A program made the position numbers and the translations under genes. This document shows positions 45,854 through 56,894 of a stretch of DNA of 64,000 bases, piece after piece (positions within the stretch are counted from its first letter, which is position 1; the number at the start of each line of letters is the position of its first letter). The notes beneath the pieces were generated by a model. That model saw only the letters and a program-made list of their open reading frames with translations. It was not told where the DNA came from and searched no databases. The stretch is from Candidatus Saccharimonadota bacterium (lineage in GTDB: Bacteria > Patescibacteriota > Saccharimonadia > Saccharimonadales > UBA4665), in the NCBI GenBank assembly GCA_029288485.1, contig JARIHC010000007.1, positions 14,364-78,363 of the forward strand, given 5' to 3'.

Positions 45854-46888
45854 ATGGCCAAGAAAGTTTATGTCGGCATGTCCGGCGGTGTTGATAGTTC
45901 GGTTACCGCAGCCCTCTTAAAAGAGAAGGGCTATGACGTTACGGGCGTTTATATGAAAAACTGGAGTCAAGACCTGCCAGGTTTTGTTTGTCCGTGGAAA
46001 GAAGATTATCAAGATGCTAAAAGAGTCGCCGTTCAGCTTGGCATTGACTTTAAGATGTACGATTTTGAGAAAAATTATAGACACAAAGTTGTGGACTATA
46101 TGGTACGCGAGTATAAAGCCGGCCGAACACCAAATCCGGACATTATGTGTAATCAAGAAGTCAAATTCAAACTATTCTTAGAAACTGCCCTGGAAGACGG
46201 GGCCGATTTAATAGCCACCGGTCATTACTCTCGTATAAAAGACAGCCAATTGCTGACCGGTCTTGATGACAATAAAGATCAATCATATTTTTTGTACCGC
46301 GTTACAGAAGATGCCTTAAGCAAAAGTCTAATGCCCATTGGCGAAATGCATAAAACCGAAGTCCGCGCTCTAGCCAAAAAGCTGGGTCTGGCTACAGCTT
46401 ACAAAAAAGATAGTCAGGGTATATGTTTTGTGGGCAAGGTCGGCATTAAAGAGTTCCTGTTAAATGAGCTCGGTTCGCAAAAAGCAGGTCCTATTATTGA
46501 TCAAAAAGGTAAGGAGATAGGCCAGCACGATGGTGCTATCTTCTACACCATTGGCCAGCGCCATGGTCTGAGCGTTGGCGGCGGTTTGCCTTATTATGTT
46601 ACCCGAAAAGACATGGTAGCCAATACGGTATATGTCACTACTAATCTAGATGATAGAGATTTGTGGACTGAGCGAGTAGAACTAGAAGATGTCCACTGGA
46701 TAAATAAAAAACCTGCTGACGGCAAGTATCAAGTTCGTTTGCGTTACCGCGGTCCGCTTGTGGAGTGTGAGCTTAAAGGTAGCAAGCTGAACCTTGCGGA
46801 GCCTCAGCGTGGTATTGCTGCCGGGCAGTCGGCAGTATTATATGATGATGACCGCGTGTTGGGCGGCGGGATTATTGCGGGACGGTAA
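45854..46888 (+). CDS. mnmA: tRNA 2-thiouridine(34) synthase
   Basis: 'VGMSGGVDSSV' PP-loop, 'NPDIMCN', 'ATGHY', 'DQSYFLY'. Confidence 0.9.
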   Translation: MAKKVYVGMSGGVDSSVTAALLKEKGYDVTGVYMKNWSQDLPGFVCPWKEDYQDAKRVAVQLGIDFKMYDFEKNYRHKVVDYMVREYKAGRTPNPDIMCNQEVKFKLFLETALEDGADLIATGHYSRIKDSQLLTGLDDNKDQSYFLYRVTEDALSKSLMPIGEMHKTEVRALAKKLGLATAYKKDSQGICFVGKVGIKEFLLNELGSQKAGPIIDQKGKEIGQHDGAIFYTIGQRHGLSVGGGLPYYVTRKDMVANTVYVTTNLDDRDLWTERVELEDVHWINKKPADGKYQVRLRYRGPLVECELKGSKLNLAEPQRGIAAGQSAVLYDDDRVLGGGIIAGR

Positions 46889-47345
46889 TGCCAGGCATCT
46901 CAACTCCAGCTTCAGCTGCAGCTTGAATCAAAAACTTTTGAGCCTCTGGTCGGGTAGCAATGAGCGTTAAAGCTTCGGCGACAGGAGAGTAATCGGTCTG
47001 CGAAACTGCTCTGTCGTAGTTCCTTGAAGTCTGGCTGGTGCAGACTGCTACTTGGCTACCCGCAATGCCTAGGATTCGACGGCGCCACTCGGGGAGATGG
47101 CAAGTAGTAACCGCGCTTTTTACGATCAATTCCTCGCCTTCTATCATTGTGTCTAAGGCCATAATTTTGCTGTTGATAATAGTCTGGTCCTGTTCGGTAG
47201 CATGCTCGAGGTCATGGAGTAGTGCGGATTTTATAAGGCGCAGTCGCTCGGCAGCCTTGGCGCGCTCCAGAACAAAGGGGCAATCTACCTGACAGGCAGG
47301 ATCTGCCTCTTGTCGAACTTTAATCGGACAGGACTCCACACTCAT
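46872..47345 (-). CDS. hypothetical protein
   Basis: 157-aa ORF with an N-terminal Cys cluster 'CPIKVRQEADPACQVDCP'. Convergent 17-nt overlap with mnmA. Confidence 0.4.
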   Translation of the reverse strand: MSVESCPIKVRQEADPACQVDCPFVLERAKAAERLRLIKSALLHDLEHATEQDQTIINSKIMALDTMIEGEELIVKSAVTTCHLPEWRRRILGIAGSQVAVCTSQTSRNYDRAVSQTDYSPVAEALTLIATRPEAQKFLIQAAAEAGVEMPGITVPQ

Positions 47346-47411
47346 TAAGTAGATTTTACAATGTTTTTATCTACTTGTCCACTAATAGTTATACCTGATA
47401 AGATTAAACGA

Positions 47412-49295
47412 ATGACAGCGCAGGAAATTCGCAAAGCATATCTAGACTTTTTCACGGCACGCGGGCACAAAGTTATACCGCGCGCTCAGCTAGTGCCGTA
47501 CAACGACCCAACCACCCTTTTTACCGGATCCGGCATGCAGCCTCTAATTCCTTACCTGCTGGGTGAAGAACATCCGAATGGCGTTCGTCTGGTAGATTCA
47601 CAAACTTGCTTGCGAGCTCAGGACATAGAAGAGGTTGGCGATAACCGCCACACGACCTTTTTTGAGATGCTCGGCAATTGGTCGCTCGGCGATTACTTTA
47701 AAAAAGAACAGATCAACTGGTTTTGGGGGTTTTTAACAGAAATCATCAAGCTTGATCCGAAGCGTATCTATGTAACTTGTTATATAGGTAACGAAGCGGC
47801 TAATATCCCGAAAGATACTGAGAGCGCCGAAACTTGGCAAGAAATTTTTCAGAAAGCTGGTATTGAAGCTAAAGAAGTAGATATCGGTACGGAAGAAGAC
47901 GGCTATCAGAAAGGCGAGCAGGGCGGACGGATATTTTTCTATGGAGATAAAAATTGGTGGAGCCGCGAAGGCAGTCCGGACAAAATGTCAGTCGGCGAGC
48001 CGGGCGGACCAGACACAGAGATGTTCTATTTATATCCTTCCGTTAAGCACAACGAAAAATACGGCGAAAAGTGCCACGTAAATTGCGACTGCGGCCGCTA
48101 TATCGAACTAGGCAACTCCGTCTTCATGGAGTACTTAAAGACAGAAAACGGTTTTGATAATTTGCCCAAAAAGAACGTCGATTATGGCGGCGGTCTGGAG
48201 CGGATTGCGGCAGCTGCCATGGACAGTCCCGATGTTTTCGAGATCAGCTTGCTCAAACCGATCATTACCAAGCTGGAAGAAATGTCTGGCAAAAGCTATG
48301 AAAGCCACACCGAAAACATGCGTGTCATCGCTGATCATTTGCGTGGTGCTACTTTTTTGGCAGTAGATGGTGTTAAGCCTAGCAATAAAGAGCAGGGATA
48401 CGTAATGCGCCGCTTGGTGCGCCGCGCTGTCCGTTTCGCATTTGAGTTAGGAATAGAACAGAACTTCTTAGAGCAAATTGTGCCGGTAATTACCGACCTG
48501 TATCACGACGATTTTCCTGAGGTGGCTGCTAAGCGAGCCGAAATTATCGAAATCCTTATTAAAGAAGAAAAGGTTTTCCGCCAAACTTTGCGCAAAGGCC
48601 TGCGCGAATTCAATAAACTTGGCAGCAAAGAATTAACCGGCGAAGCCACGTTCAAACTATACGACACGTATGGTTTTCCCGTTGAGTTAACTTACGAAGA
48701 GGCATTTAAGCAAAATATTCCGATTGCTGGCAGTGCTCAAAAAGAATTTGACCGCCTAATGAAGGAGCAAAAGGAGCGCAGCCAGACCGCCAGCAAGGGC
48801 ACATTTAAAGGCGGCCTTGGCGGCCAAGCAATGATCCACAAAAAATACCACACGGCAACGCACCTTGTGTATCAAGCCCTAAGGGATGTACTGGGCGATC
48901 ATGTGGTTCAGCGCGGGTCAAACATTACCGAAGAACGACTCAGGTTTGATTTTAGCCACCCGCAGAAAGTTACTCCAGAAGAAATCAAAAAAGTCGAAGA
49001 CATAGTCAACAAACAGATTAATAAAGACTTAAAAGTATCATTTAAAGAATATCCAACCAAGGTTGCTGTGGAAGAAAAGGGTGCGCTTGGCCAGTTTGGC
49101 GACCGCTATGGCGACACCGTGAAGGTCTACAGCATGATAGCTGACGGCGCTGATAAGCCATACAGTTTTGAGATCTGCGGCGGTCCTCATGTGGGCCATA
49201 CCGGGCAGCTCGCAGAAGGCAGCAAAAAATTTAAAATCACGAAAGAAGAATCTAGCTCTGCTGGTATCCGTCGAATTAAAGCCGTTTTGCAATAA
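47412..49295 (+). CDS. alaS: alanyl-tRNA synthetase, short form lacking the C-Ala domain
   Basis: 'IRKAYLDFFTARGHK', 'FTGSGMQP', 'RHTTFFEMLGNWS'. Editing-site motifs 'HTATHL' and 'CGGPHV'. Ends about 30 aa after the editing domain. Confidence 0.85.
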   Translation: MTAQEIRKAYLDFFTARGHKVIPRAQLVPYNDPTTLFTGSGMQPLIPYLLGEEHPNGVRLVDSQTCLRAQDIEEVGDNRHTTFFEMLGNWSLGDYFKKEQINWFWGFLTEIIKLDPKRIYVTCYIGNEAANIPKDTESAETWQEIFQKAGIEAKEVDIGTEEDGYQKGEQGGRIFFYGDKNWWSREGSPDKMSVGEPGGPDTEMFYLYPSVKHNEKYGEKCHVNCDCGRYIELGNSVFMEYLKTENGFDNLPKKNVDYGGGLERIAAAAMDSPDVFEISLLKPIITKLEEMSGKSYESHTENMRVIADHLRGATFLAVDGVKPSNKEQGYVMRRLVRRAVRFAFELGIEQNFLEQIVPVITDLYHDDFPEVAAKRAEIIEILIKEEKVFRQTLRKGLREFNKLGSKELTGEATFKLYDTYGFPVELTYEEAFKQNIPIAGSAQKEFDRLMKEQKERSQTASKGTFKGGLGGQAMIHKKYHTATHLVYQALRDVLGDHVVQRGSNITEERLRFDFSHPQKVTPEEIKKVEDIVNKQINKDLKVSFKEYPTKVAVEEKGALGQFGDRYGDTVKVYSMIADGADKPYSFEICGGPHVGHTGQLAEGSKKFKITKEESSSAGIRRIKAVLQ

Positions 49296-49348
49296 TAAAG
49301 TCGTCAGTAAACTTTCAGGGTTTCCTCAGGGAGCTCTGTGGTAGAATA

Positions 49349-50677
49349 ATGGATATGCTTCAGAAGTTGAAAAGCGCTAGTGCCAAGGCGGCTGAAAGAG
49401 CCAAAGCCGGCGCGTCCAGGGCCTCATCTGCGGCCCGCGACCGGGCAGCCAAAGGCGATCAATATCTGGTAGCGCTAGATGTCGGCACTGAATTCGTAAA
49501 GGCCTTGATAGGCCATCTTCATGATGACGGCAGCGTGGAGATCATTGGCGTGGGTCGCCAGCACCAAGCTCTTACCGATATGCAGGCTGGCGCTATTGCT
49601 GACATTGCAGCTGTAGTGGAAAACTGCGATAAGGCGCTAAACCAAGCCGAAACCCAAGCTAACGTTAGTGTCCGCACTGCTATTATCGGTATTGCCGGCG
49701 AACTTGTAAAAGGCACTACTACCACCGTTCGTGTGGCCCGGCGGCATCCCACTAAACCGCTGGATATAACTGAAATGGAAAAAATTATTAATCTGGTCCA
49801 AGACCGCGCTCAAACTAAAGCTAAAGCTCAGCTAGCTTGGGAGTTGGGCGGTAAAGAAGTAGAGGTGCGTCTGGTAAATAGCGCGCTCGTGAGTATAGAA
49901 ATAGACGGTTACCCGGTTACTAATCCGATTGGTTTTCAGGGTAAGGACGTGGTTGTGCAGCTCTACACTGCTTTTGCGCCGATGATTCATATTGGCGCGT
50001 TGGAAAAGACCGCTCAGGAACTAGACCTGGATCTGTTAGCTGTAGCCGCTGAGCCGTTTGCCGTTGCTAGAGCCGTGATTGGCAATAACCCAAACCAAAA
50101 TCTGAGCGCTATATTAATGGATGTCGGCGGCGGCACCACAGACATAGCTGTTATTAATGAAGGCGGTGTACAGGGTACTAAAATGTTTGGTATCGGCGGA
50201 CGAGCTTACACCCATGCGGTTGAGCGCGACTTATCAGTTCCGTTTGAACAGGCAGAAGAGCTAAAAATTGGACTTAGCACCAACAAACTGCCCGTTCAAC
50301 AACGGCCATCGGTCGAAGCAGCGCTTAGTAAGACCGCGGACGTCTGGATAGGCGGTATAGAACTAGCACTGAGCGAGTTTAATAAACTAGATCACCTGCC
50401 GCACCGCATGTTTCTATGCGGTGGCGGTTCATCACTGGACCTGCTTATGCAAAGACTGGAGACCGACTGGTACAAGAACCTGCCTTTCACTAGAAAGCCC
50501 AGCGTCCACCATATTCGCCCTGACCAAGTAGCTGGCATTCGCGATCTTACCGGCGATGTAACTGACCACACCTTCATTACCGCCATGGGTTTATTGCGTG
50601 TTGGTACAGATACAATGCAGTTTAATAACGGCGGCGGATCAATCCGCGACAGAATTGATAAAATGTTAAGCGTATAA
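49349..50677 (+). CDS. actin-like ATPase of the FtsA/PilM family
   Basis: 'VALDVGTEFVKA' (phosphate 1), 'LMDVGGGTTDIAV' (phosphate 2), 'LCGGGS'. No ftsZ follows it. Confidence 0.6.
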   Translation: MDMLQKLKSASAKAAERAKAGASRASSAARDRAAKGDQYLVALDVGTEFVKALIGHLHDDGSVEIIGVGRQHQALTDMQAGAIADIAAVVENCDKALNQAETQANVSVRTAIIGIAGELVKGTTTTVRVARRHPTKPLDITEMEKIINLVQDRAQTKAKAQLAWELGGKEVEVRLVNSALVSIEIDGYPVTNPIGFQGKDVVVQLYTAFAPMIHIGALEKTAQELDLDLLAVAAEPFAVARAVIGNNPNQNLSAILMDVGGGTTDIAVINEGGVQGTKMFGIGGRAYTHAVERDLSVPFEQAEELKIGLSTNKLPVQQRPSVEAALSKTADVWIGGIELALSEFNKLDHLPHRMFLCGGGSSLDLLMQRLETDWYKNLPFTRKPSVHHIRPDQVAGIRDLTGDVTDHTFITAMGLLRVGTDTMQFNNGGGSIRDRIDKMLSV

Positions 50678-50694
50678 TAGGACATTAGAGGGTC

Positions 50695-52422
50695 ATGGCT
50701 GAACCAAAAAAAGATACCATCTACGTAGACATCGATGACGAAATAACCGGCATCATTGATAAGGTGCGCGGCAGCGGCGGCAAAGTAGTTGCTCTGGTGC
50801 TGCCTAAGAGAGCTGGGGTATTCCAAAGTATTGTTAACATGAAGCTGCTTAAGCGGGCTTCCGATGAAGCTGATAAGAATCTGGTACTTATAACTAGCGA
50901 AGCTGGTTTATTGCCACTGGCTGGAGCTGCTGGGATTCATGTAGCTAAAACGCTAAGCAGCAAACCCGAAATTCCTACGGCACCAAAGCTGGAAGACAAT
51001 GGTGAAGATACCATAGACGAAGCTGGCAATACTCAAGCTGCAGCAAACCAGACCGCCAAACAGCCACCAGCCGACAACGGCGTAGAAACTCTTCAACTAG
51101 ATGACGACGAACTGCCTGATGATAAAGCTGCCGAACCACCAGCCGCTAAACAACCTAAAAAGTTTGAACCAGCGAAGGATAAACCGAAGAAGGATTCTAA
51201 AAAAGGCAAGGGTTTCAAGATTCCTAACTTTGGCAAGTTTCGCACCAAACTTCTTATAGCCGGCGCTATTTTATTATTGTTAATTGTCTTTATAATTCTC
51301 GCTTTAATAGTTCTGCCGAAGGCGACTATTAATGTTAAAACCGACGCTGTAAATGTGCCGGTCAACCAAGATCTAAACTTATCGACCTCGCAAGACCAGC
51401 TAGATACCAGTTCCGATGTGCCAACTGTGCCAGCCAAAGTGGAGTCCGACCAAAAAACATACAGCCAACAGGTGCCAACAACCGGCCAAAAGAACCACGG
51501 CAACAAAGCCAGCGGCCAGGTAACCGTAACAAATTGTGCTAACGATAGCGGCGACATTACTTTGCCCGCTGGAACTGGTTTTAGCTCCAGCGGCAACACC
51601 TATGTTAGCCAACAAAGCGTAACGGTTCCGATTAGTGATTTTCATGGTCGTAATGGACCTTGTCAAAATAACGGTAAAGCTACAGTTACAGTAATTGCGC
51701 AAAGTGGCGGCAGCGCCTATAACTTACCTGCTGGCGCTAGCTTTAGCATAGCTGGCGGACCTTCGGGGCTATCTGCCCAGGGCAATAGTATATCGGGTGG
51801 TACAGATAATATTGTTCAAACTGTGAACCAGAATGATATCAATAACGCTAAAGCCAAGATTGCTACTAACGACAGCACAGAAAAAAGTAATCTGCAGAAA
51901 AAACTTAAGAGCGACGGTTATTTTGCCATTACCTCTACCTTTAGCTCAGGTTCACCCAATGTCACGCAAAGCGCCCAGGTGGGCGATGTCGCCAATAATG
52001 TGACAGTTACAGAAGTGGTTACCTACACTATGTTCGGCGCTCACGAAAAAGATCTCGATACTCTGGTAAAAAACGCTATCAAAGACCAAGTCGACACATC
52101 TAAGCAGTCCATATTAGATTACGGCTTAGGCAAGGCCTTGTTTGGCGTAAGCAGCAGCACCGGTGCCAGCGCACAGCTCAACATGCAGGCTACCGCCGAA
52201 GTGGGTCCTAACCTGGATACAAATGGCATTAAACAATCTGCCCTCGGTAAAAAACCATCTGAAATTAAATCTCAGCTGCAGGGCAACCCTGATGTTACCG
52301 ACGTAAATGTTAAACTTAGCCCGTTCTGGGTCAGCTCTGTGCCTAAAAAAGCCAGCAAAGTTAAAGTTAAAATAGCGAAACCCACAACTACCAAGAACAG
52401 CAATGACACAAACTCCCAGTAA
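50695..52422 (+). CDS. hypothetical bitopic membrane protein
   Basis: Conserved-looking N-terminal ~90 aa, an acidic/Lys-Pro linker, one TM ('LLIAGAILLLLIVFIILALIVL'), and a ~370-aa Ser/Thr/Asn/Gln-rich ectodomain. Confidence 0.5.
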   Translation: MAEPKKDTIYVDIDDEITGIIDKVRGSGGKVVALVLPKRAGVFQSIVNMKLLKRASDEADKNLVLITSEAGLLPLAGAAGIHVAKTLSSKPEIPTAPKLEDNGEDTIDEAGNTQAAANQTAKQPPADNGVETLQLDDDELPDDKAAEPPAAKQPKKFEPAKDKPKKDSKKGKGFKIPNFGKFRTKLLIAGAILLLLIVFIILALIVLPKATINVKTDAVNVPVNQDLNLSTSQDQLDTSSDVPTVPAKVESDQKTYSQQVPTTGQKNHGNKASGQVTVTNCANDSGDITLPAGTGFSSSGNTYVSQQSVTVPISDFHGRNGPCQNNGKATVTVIAQSGGSAYNLPAGASFSIAGGPSGLSAQGNSISGGTDNIVQTVNQNDINNAKAKIATNDSTEKSNLQKKLKSDGYFAITSTFSSGSPNVTQSAQVGDVANNVTVTEVVTYTMFGAHEKDLDTLVKNAIKDQVDTSKQSILDYGLGKALFGVSSSTGASAQLNMQATAEVGPNLDTNGIKQSALGKKPSEIKSQLQGNPDVTDVNVKLSPFWVSSVPKKASKVKVKIAKPTTTKNSNDTNSQ

Positions 52423-52825
52423 CATCTTAGCGCTGGATGTCGGCGATAAACGGGTGGGAGTGGCGCTAGCTTCAATGACAGCTCGTCTGCCGCGCCCACT
52501 TACCACTCTAGAGCGGCATGATAAATTCTTTGAAGACCTAAAGAAAATTATAAAAGCAGAAGAAGTCGATCTGATTGTGGTCGGTATGCCGCGGGACCTA
52601 AACGGCCGCGAAACACTCCAAACTAAAGCCACAGAACATTTTATAAAAGAACTTAACGAACGGTTAGATGTTAAGACTGAAATTCAAGATGAAGCAGTTA
52701 CTTCTAAACAGGCCGAGGCTGAGCTGAAGTCTCGCAATATTTATTACTCTAAAGGCGAAATCGATGCACTGGCCGCCACCTATATATTAGAAGATTTTTT
52801 AAATGGTTATAATGGTACAGAATGA
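52403..52825 (+). CDS. ruvX: Holliday junction resolvase-like RuvX/YqgF
   Basis: 'ILALDVGDKRVGVA', 'VVGMP', 'DEAVTSKQA'. Confidence 0.85.
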   Translation: MTQTPSNILALDVGDKRVGVALASMTARLPRPLTTLERHDKFFEDLKKIIKAEEVDLIVVGMPRDLNGRETLQTKATEHFIKELNERLDVKTEIQDEAVTSKQAEAELKSRNIYYSKGEIDALAATYILEDFLNGYNGTE

Positions 52826-53874
52826 CCCACTATACACACAAGAGACAAAGGCAGCACATACCAGGTAGAGTATGGCTTATACTGGGTGGGCTCGTGATTT
52901 TGCTGGTAGTAGGAGTTATATTTGTTCGTAACCTATATAACACAGACTTACGTCCGGTAAGTGATAATCCTCAAACACAAATATTTACTGTAAAGAGCGG
53001 CAGTTCGGTTAAAAGCATTGCCGATAGTCTAGAGAAGGCCCACCTTATAAAGAGTGCCTGGGCTTTTCAGCTTTATATTCATAGCAAAGAATTTGGCGGC
53101 AACTTACAGGCCGGCACTTATGCCTTGGCGCCTAATCAAAGCGTGCCATCTATAGTTACTACGCTTACTAAAGGTAAGGTGGCAACACGCTTGGTAACGG
53201 TATTGCCCGGCCGTCGCATAGACCAAGTCCGGGCTGACTTCATTAACAGCGGTTTTACGCCTAACTCCGTTGACCAGGCCCTACAGCCTGACCAGTATAA
53301 CGATTTGCCAGCCTTAGCTTTTAAACCGTCCAATGTTAATACTCTTGAAGGCTTGCTGTGGCCGGACTCATTTCAAAAAGACCCAACTACTGATCCGTCG
53401 GTGATAATCCGTGAATCCTTGGTTGAAATGGGGCAGCATATGACGCCGTCCGTACAGGCAGCATTCGCAGCGGAGAATCTAACAACTTACCAGGGTATAA
53501 TCTTAACGTCTATGATCATACAAGAAGTTAATAAGCCATCAGATCAGCCTCAAGTAGCTCAGGTATTTTTAAGCCGTCTTAAGTCTAATTCTACGCTTGG
53601 CTCCGATGTGACGGCTCGTTATGGCGCTATTGCTGCTGGCCAAGCGCCTAGTCTAACTTATGACTCACCTTATAACACACTAATCCATAAAGGTTTGCCT
53701 CCGACACCTATCAGCACCATTAGTGCTAGCTCACTAGATGCTGCTACCCACCCTGCCTCAACTAATTGGCTTTACTTCGTAACTGGCGATAATGGCAACA
53801 CTTACTTTTCTACCAACCTGCAAGATCATCAGACTCAAACCCAGCAATATTGTCATAAACTGTGCGGGCAGTAG
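52822..53874 (+). CDS. mltG: endolytic murein transglycosylase MltG (YceG-like)
   Basis: N-terminal TM, 'LEGLLWPDSF', 'LTSMIIQEV', 'YNTLIHKGLPPTPISTIS'. Confidence 0.8.
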   Translation: MTHYTHKRQRQHIPGRVWLILGGLVILLVVGVIFVRNLYNTDLRPVSDNPQTQIFTVKSGSSVKSIADSLEKAHLIKSAWAFQLYIHSKEFGGNLQAGTYALAPNQSVPSIVTTLTKGKVATRLVTVLPGRRIDQVRADFINSGFTPNSVDQALQPDQYNDLPALAFKPSNVNTLEGLLWPDSFQKDPTTDPSVIIRESLVEMGQHMTPSVQAAFAAENLTTYQGIILTSMIIQEVNKPSDQPQVAQVFLSRLKSNSTLGSDVTARYGAIAAGQAPSLTYDSPYNTLIHKGLPPTPISTISASSLDAATHPASTNWLYFVTGDNGNTYFSTNLQDHQTQTQQYCHKLCGQ

Positions 53875-53906
53875 AATCTAACAGGGGTTGCAAAAGCATA
53901 AAAGAC

Positions 53907-53934
53907 TTGCGCTCGATATGGTTTTTGCTATAAT
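53907..53934 (+). promoter_or_regulatory. candidate promoter with an extended -10
   Basis: TTGCGC, a 16-nt spacer including TG, then TATAAT (TGCTATAAT at 53926-53934). Same extended -10 as the tmRNA promoter. Confidence 0.45.
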
Positions 53935-54059
53935 TGACCCCAGTAGCTTTAGAGCAGGAGAGATTTACTTAAATTGGGCACCTGCTAGGCTGCATAAACA
54001 CATCATAAAGATGTACGGAGAACTATATTAGTAATCCATCTTCATCGATCACAGCTCGT

Positions 54060-55178
54060 TTGAATGTCCCGCGTACCGCGTCGCGCTCATCTAAGGCGGC
54101 CAGGCGGACGCTACAAGTCCGTCCTGTTCAAACGCAGCAAGGCAAGCGCTTCTGGCGAGTCGGTTTAGTAGCAGTAAACGCCATAATCTTGGCGGTTATT
54201 TTAGCATTTGTGCTAAATAATAGACACACTGCTGTTAGTGCCGGCAAGCCCGTGTCGGCTGACGGTAGTTCTGTGGCCAATACGGTGGCAAATCCATTAG
54301 ATCAGCTGTCGTCGGCTGACATTGCTCAAACTGTAGCTCAGGTGAACAGCTTGCCAGAAACCACAGCTATTGCCAATCAAGCTCAATCCCAGGCTGCCAA
54401 CTTGGCAATTGCTTCTACCAGCAATAATGTCATTGCTAAACCCCAAGTGGTTTCTACGACTTTATCTCGATCCGATATCAAGACTTACGTTACTCAAGCT
54501 GGCGACACCGTTGCTAGCCTGGCAGCGAAGTTTGGCGTAACATCTGATAGCATTCGTTGGTCTAATAATTTATCTGATGCAGATACTATAAATCCAGGTA
54601 CCACTCTGTTGATACCTCCGGTGAATGGTATTGTTTACACCGTGAAGCCTGGCGATACTGCGGCTAGTTTGGCTGTCCAGTTTGGGGCCAATGCTGATCA
54701 AATAACCGCTTATAATGATGCCGAAATTAACGGCTTTACTCCCGGAGAGAAGATTGTTATACCAAATGCTAGTCATAACAATAGCGGAGCCACGGCAGCC
54801 AGTATTGCGTCAGTTACTCTAGGCAGCGGTAGTTGGTTGTGGGGCAGCGGTCCGATTTATGGTTATAACGGCTACGACTTTGGCTATTGCACCTGGTATG
54901 TGGCTACACAAATTCCTGTGCCAGCTAACTGGGGTAATGCTGCGACTTGGGCTTACTACGCTTCGCTCAGCGGCTGGCATGTCAGTACAACACCTACCGT
55001 GGGATCTATTGCCCAGACCGCTAATGCCGCTGGGGGTGAAGGTCATGTTGCTATTGTGACTGCTGTTAACCCCGACGGCACTATCCAGATCCGCGACATG
55101 AACGGCATTGCTGGCTGGGGCAGAGTGGGTTATGGCGCCAAGTCAGCATCGGCTTTCCAACATTACATTACTCACTAA
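54060..55178 (+). CDS. peptidoglycan hydrolase with two LysM domains and a C-terminal CHAP domain
   Basis: LysM 'YVTQAGDTVASLAAKFGV' and 'YTVKPGDTAASLAVQFGA'. CHAP 'GYCTWYVA' ... 'GHVAIVT'. N-terminal TM. Confidence 0.8.
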   Translation: MNVPRTASRSSKAARRTLQVRPVQTQQGKRFWRVGLVAVNAIILAVILAFVLNNRHTAVSAGKPVSADGSSVANTVANPLDQLSSADIAQTVAQVNSLPETTAIANQAQSQAANLAIASTSNNVIAKPQVVSTTLSRSDIKTYVTQAGDTVASLAAKFGVTSDSIRWSNNLSDADTINPGTTLLIPPVNGIVYTVKPGDTAASLAVQFGANADQITAYNDAEINGFTPGEKIVIPNASHNNSGATAASIASVTLGSGSWLWGSGPIYGYNGYDFGYCTWYVATQIPVPANWGNAATWAYYASLSGWHVSTTPTVGSIAQTANAAGGEGHVAIVTAVNPDGTIQIRDMNGIAGWGRVGYGAKSASAFQHYITH

Positions 55179-56453
<1,275 letters not shown>

Positions 56454-56505
56454 CTAATTAAATTATTTATAGTATTATATTGGTAATAGCTTTAGGCGAG
56501 GTCTA

Positions 56506-56865
56506 ATGATTAATCAGATACCGGAAGCAACTTTTTCGGCCCTAGTAGAGGATGAAGTCCAGGGTGTCACATTTGAAGTTCATCAAGTCATGCTGCCGTA
56601 TGACGAGATAAAGGCATTTGAAAAAAGAGAACGACTGCCTCGATCCGTCTCACTTGGCGGAGTTGGTGAATTAGTCGTGTTCTCGGAAGAGGACGTACAA
56701 AATTATGAAGGAGGGTTACTGGTCAAAGGTGAAATATTGACAACCACGGGCGAATTAAAAACATCTGTAAATTTTTTCTACCCGACTTTATTAGAGAAAA
56801 TAGCTGCTCGCATTCGTTCTCGCCAGCCAGAAGTTCAGGCTTCAATAGGAATAGAACATCATTAG
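56506..56865 (+). CDS. hypothetical protein
   Basis: 119-aa ORF. No motif recognised. Confidence 0.4.
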   Translation: MINQIPEATFSALVEDEVQGVTFEVHQVMLPYDEIKAFEKRERLPRSVSLGGVGELVVFSEEDVQNYEGGLLVKGEILTTTGELKTSVNFFYPTLLEKIAARIRSRQPEVQASIGIEHH

Positions 56866-56894
56866 CTAGCAGCAACTGATAAACTAGTGAATAC

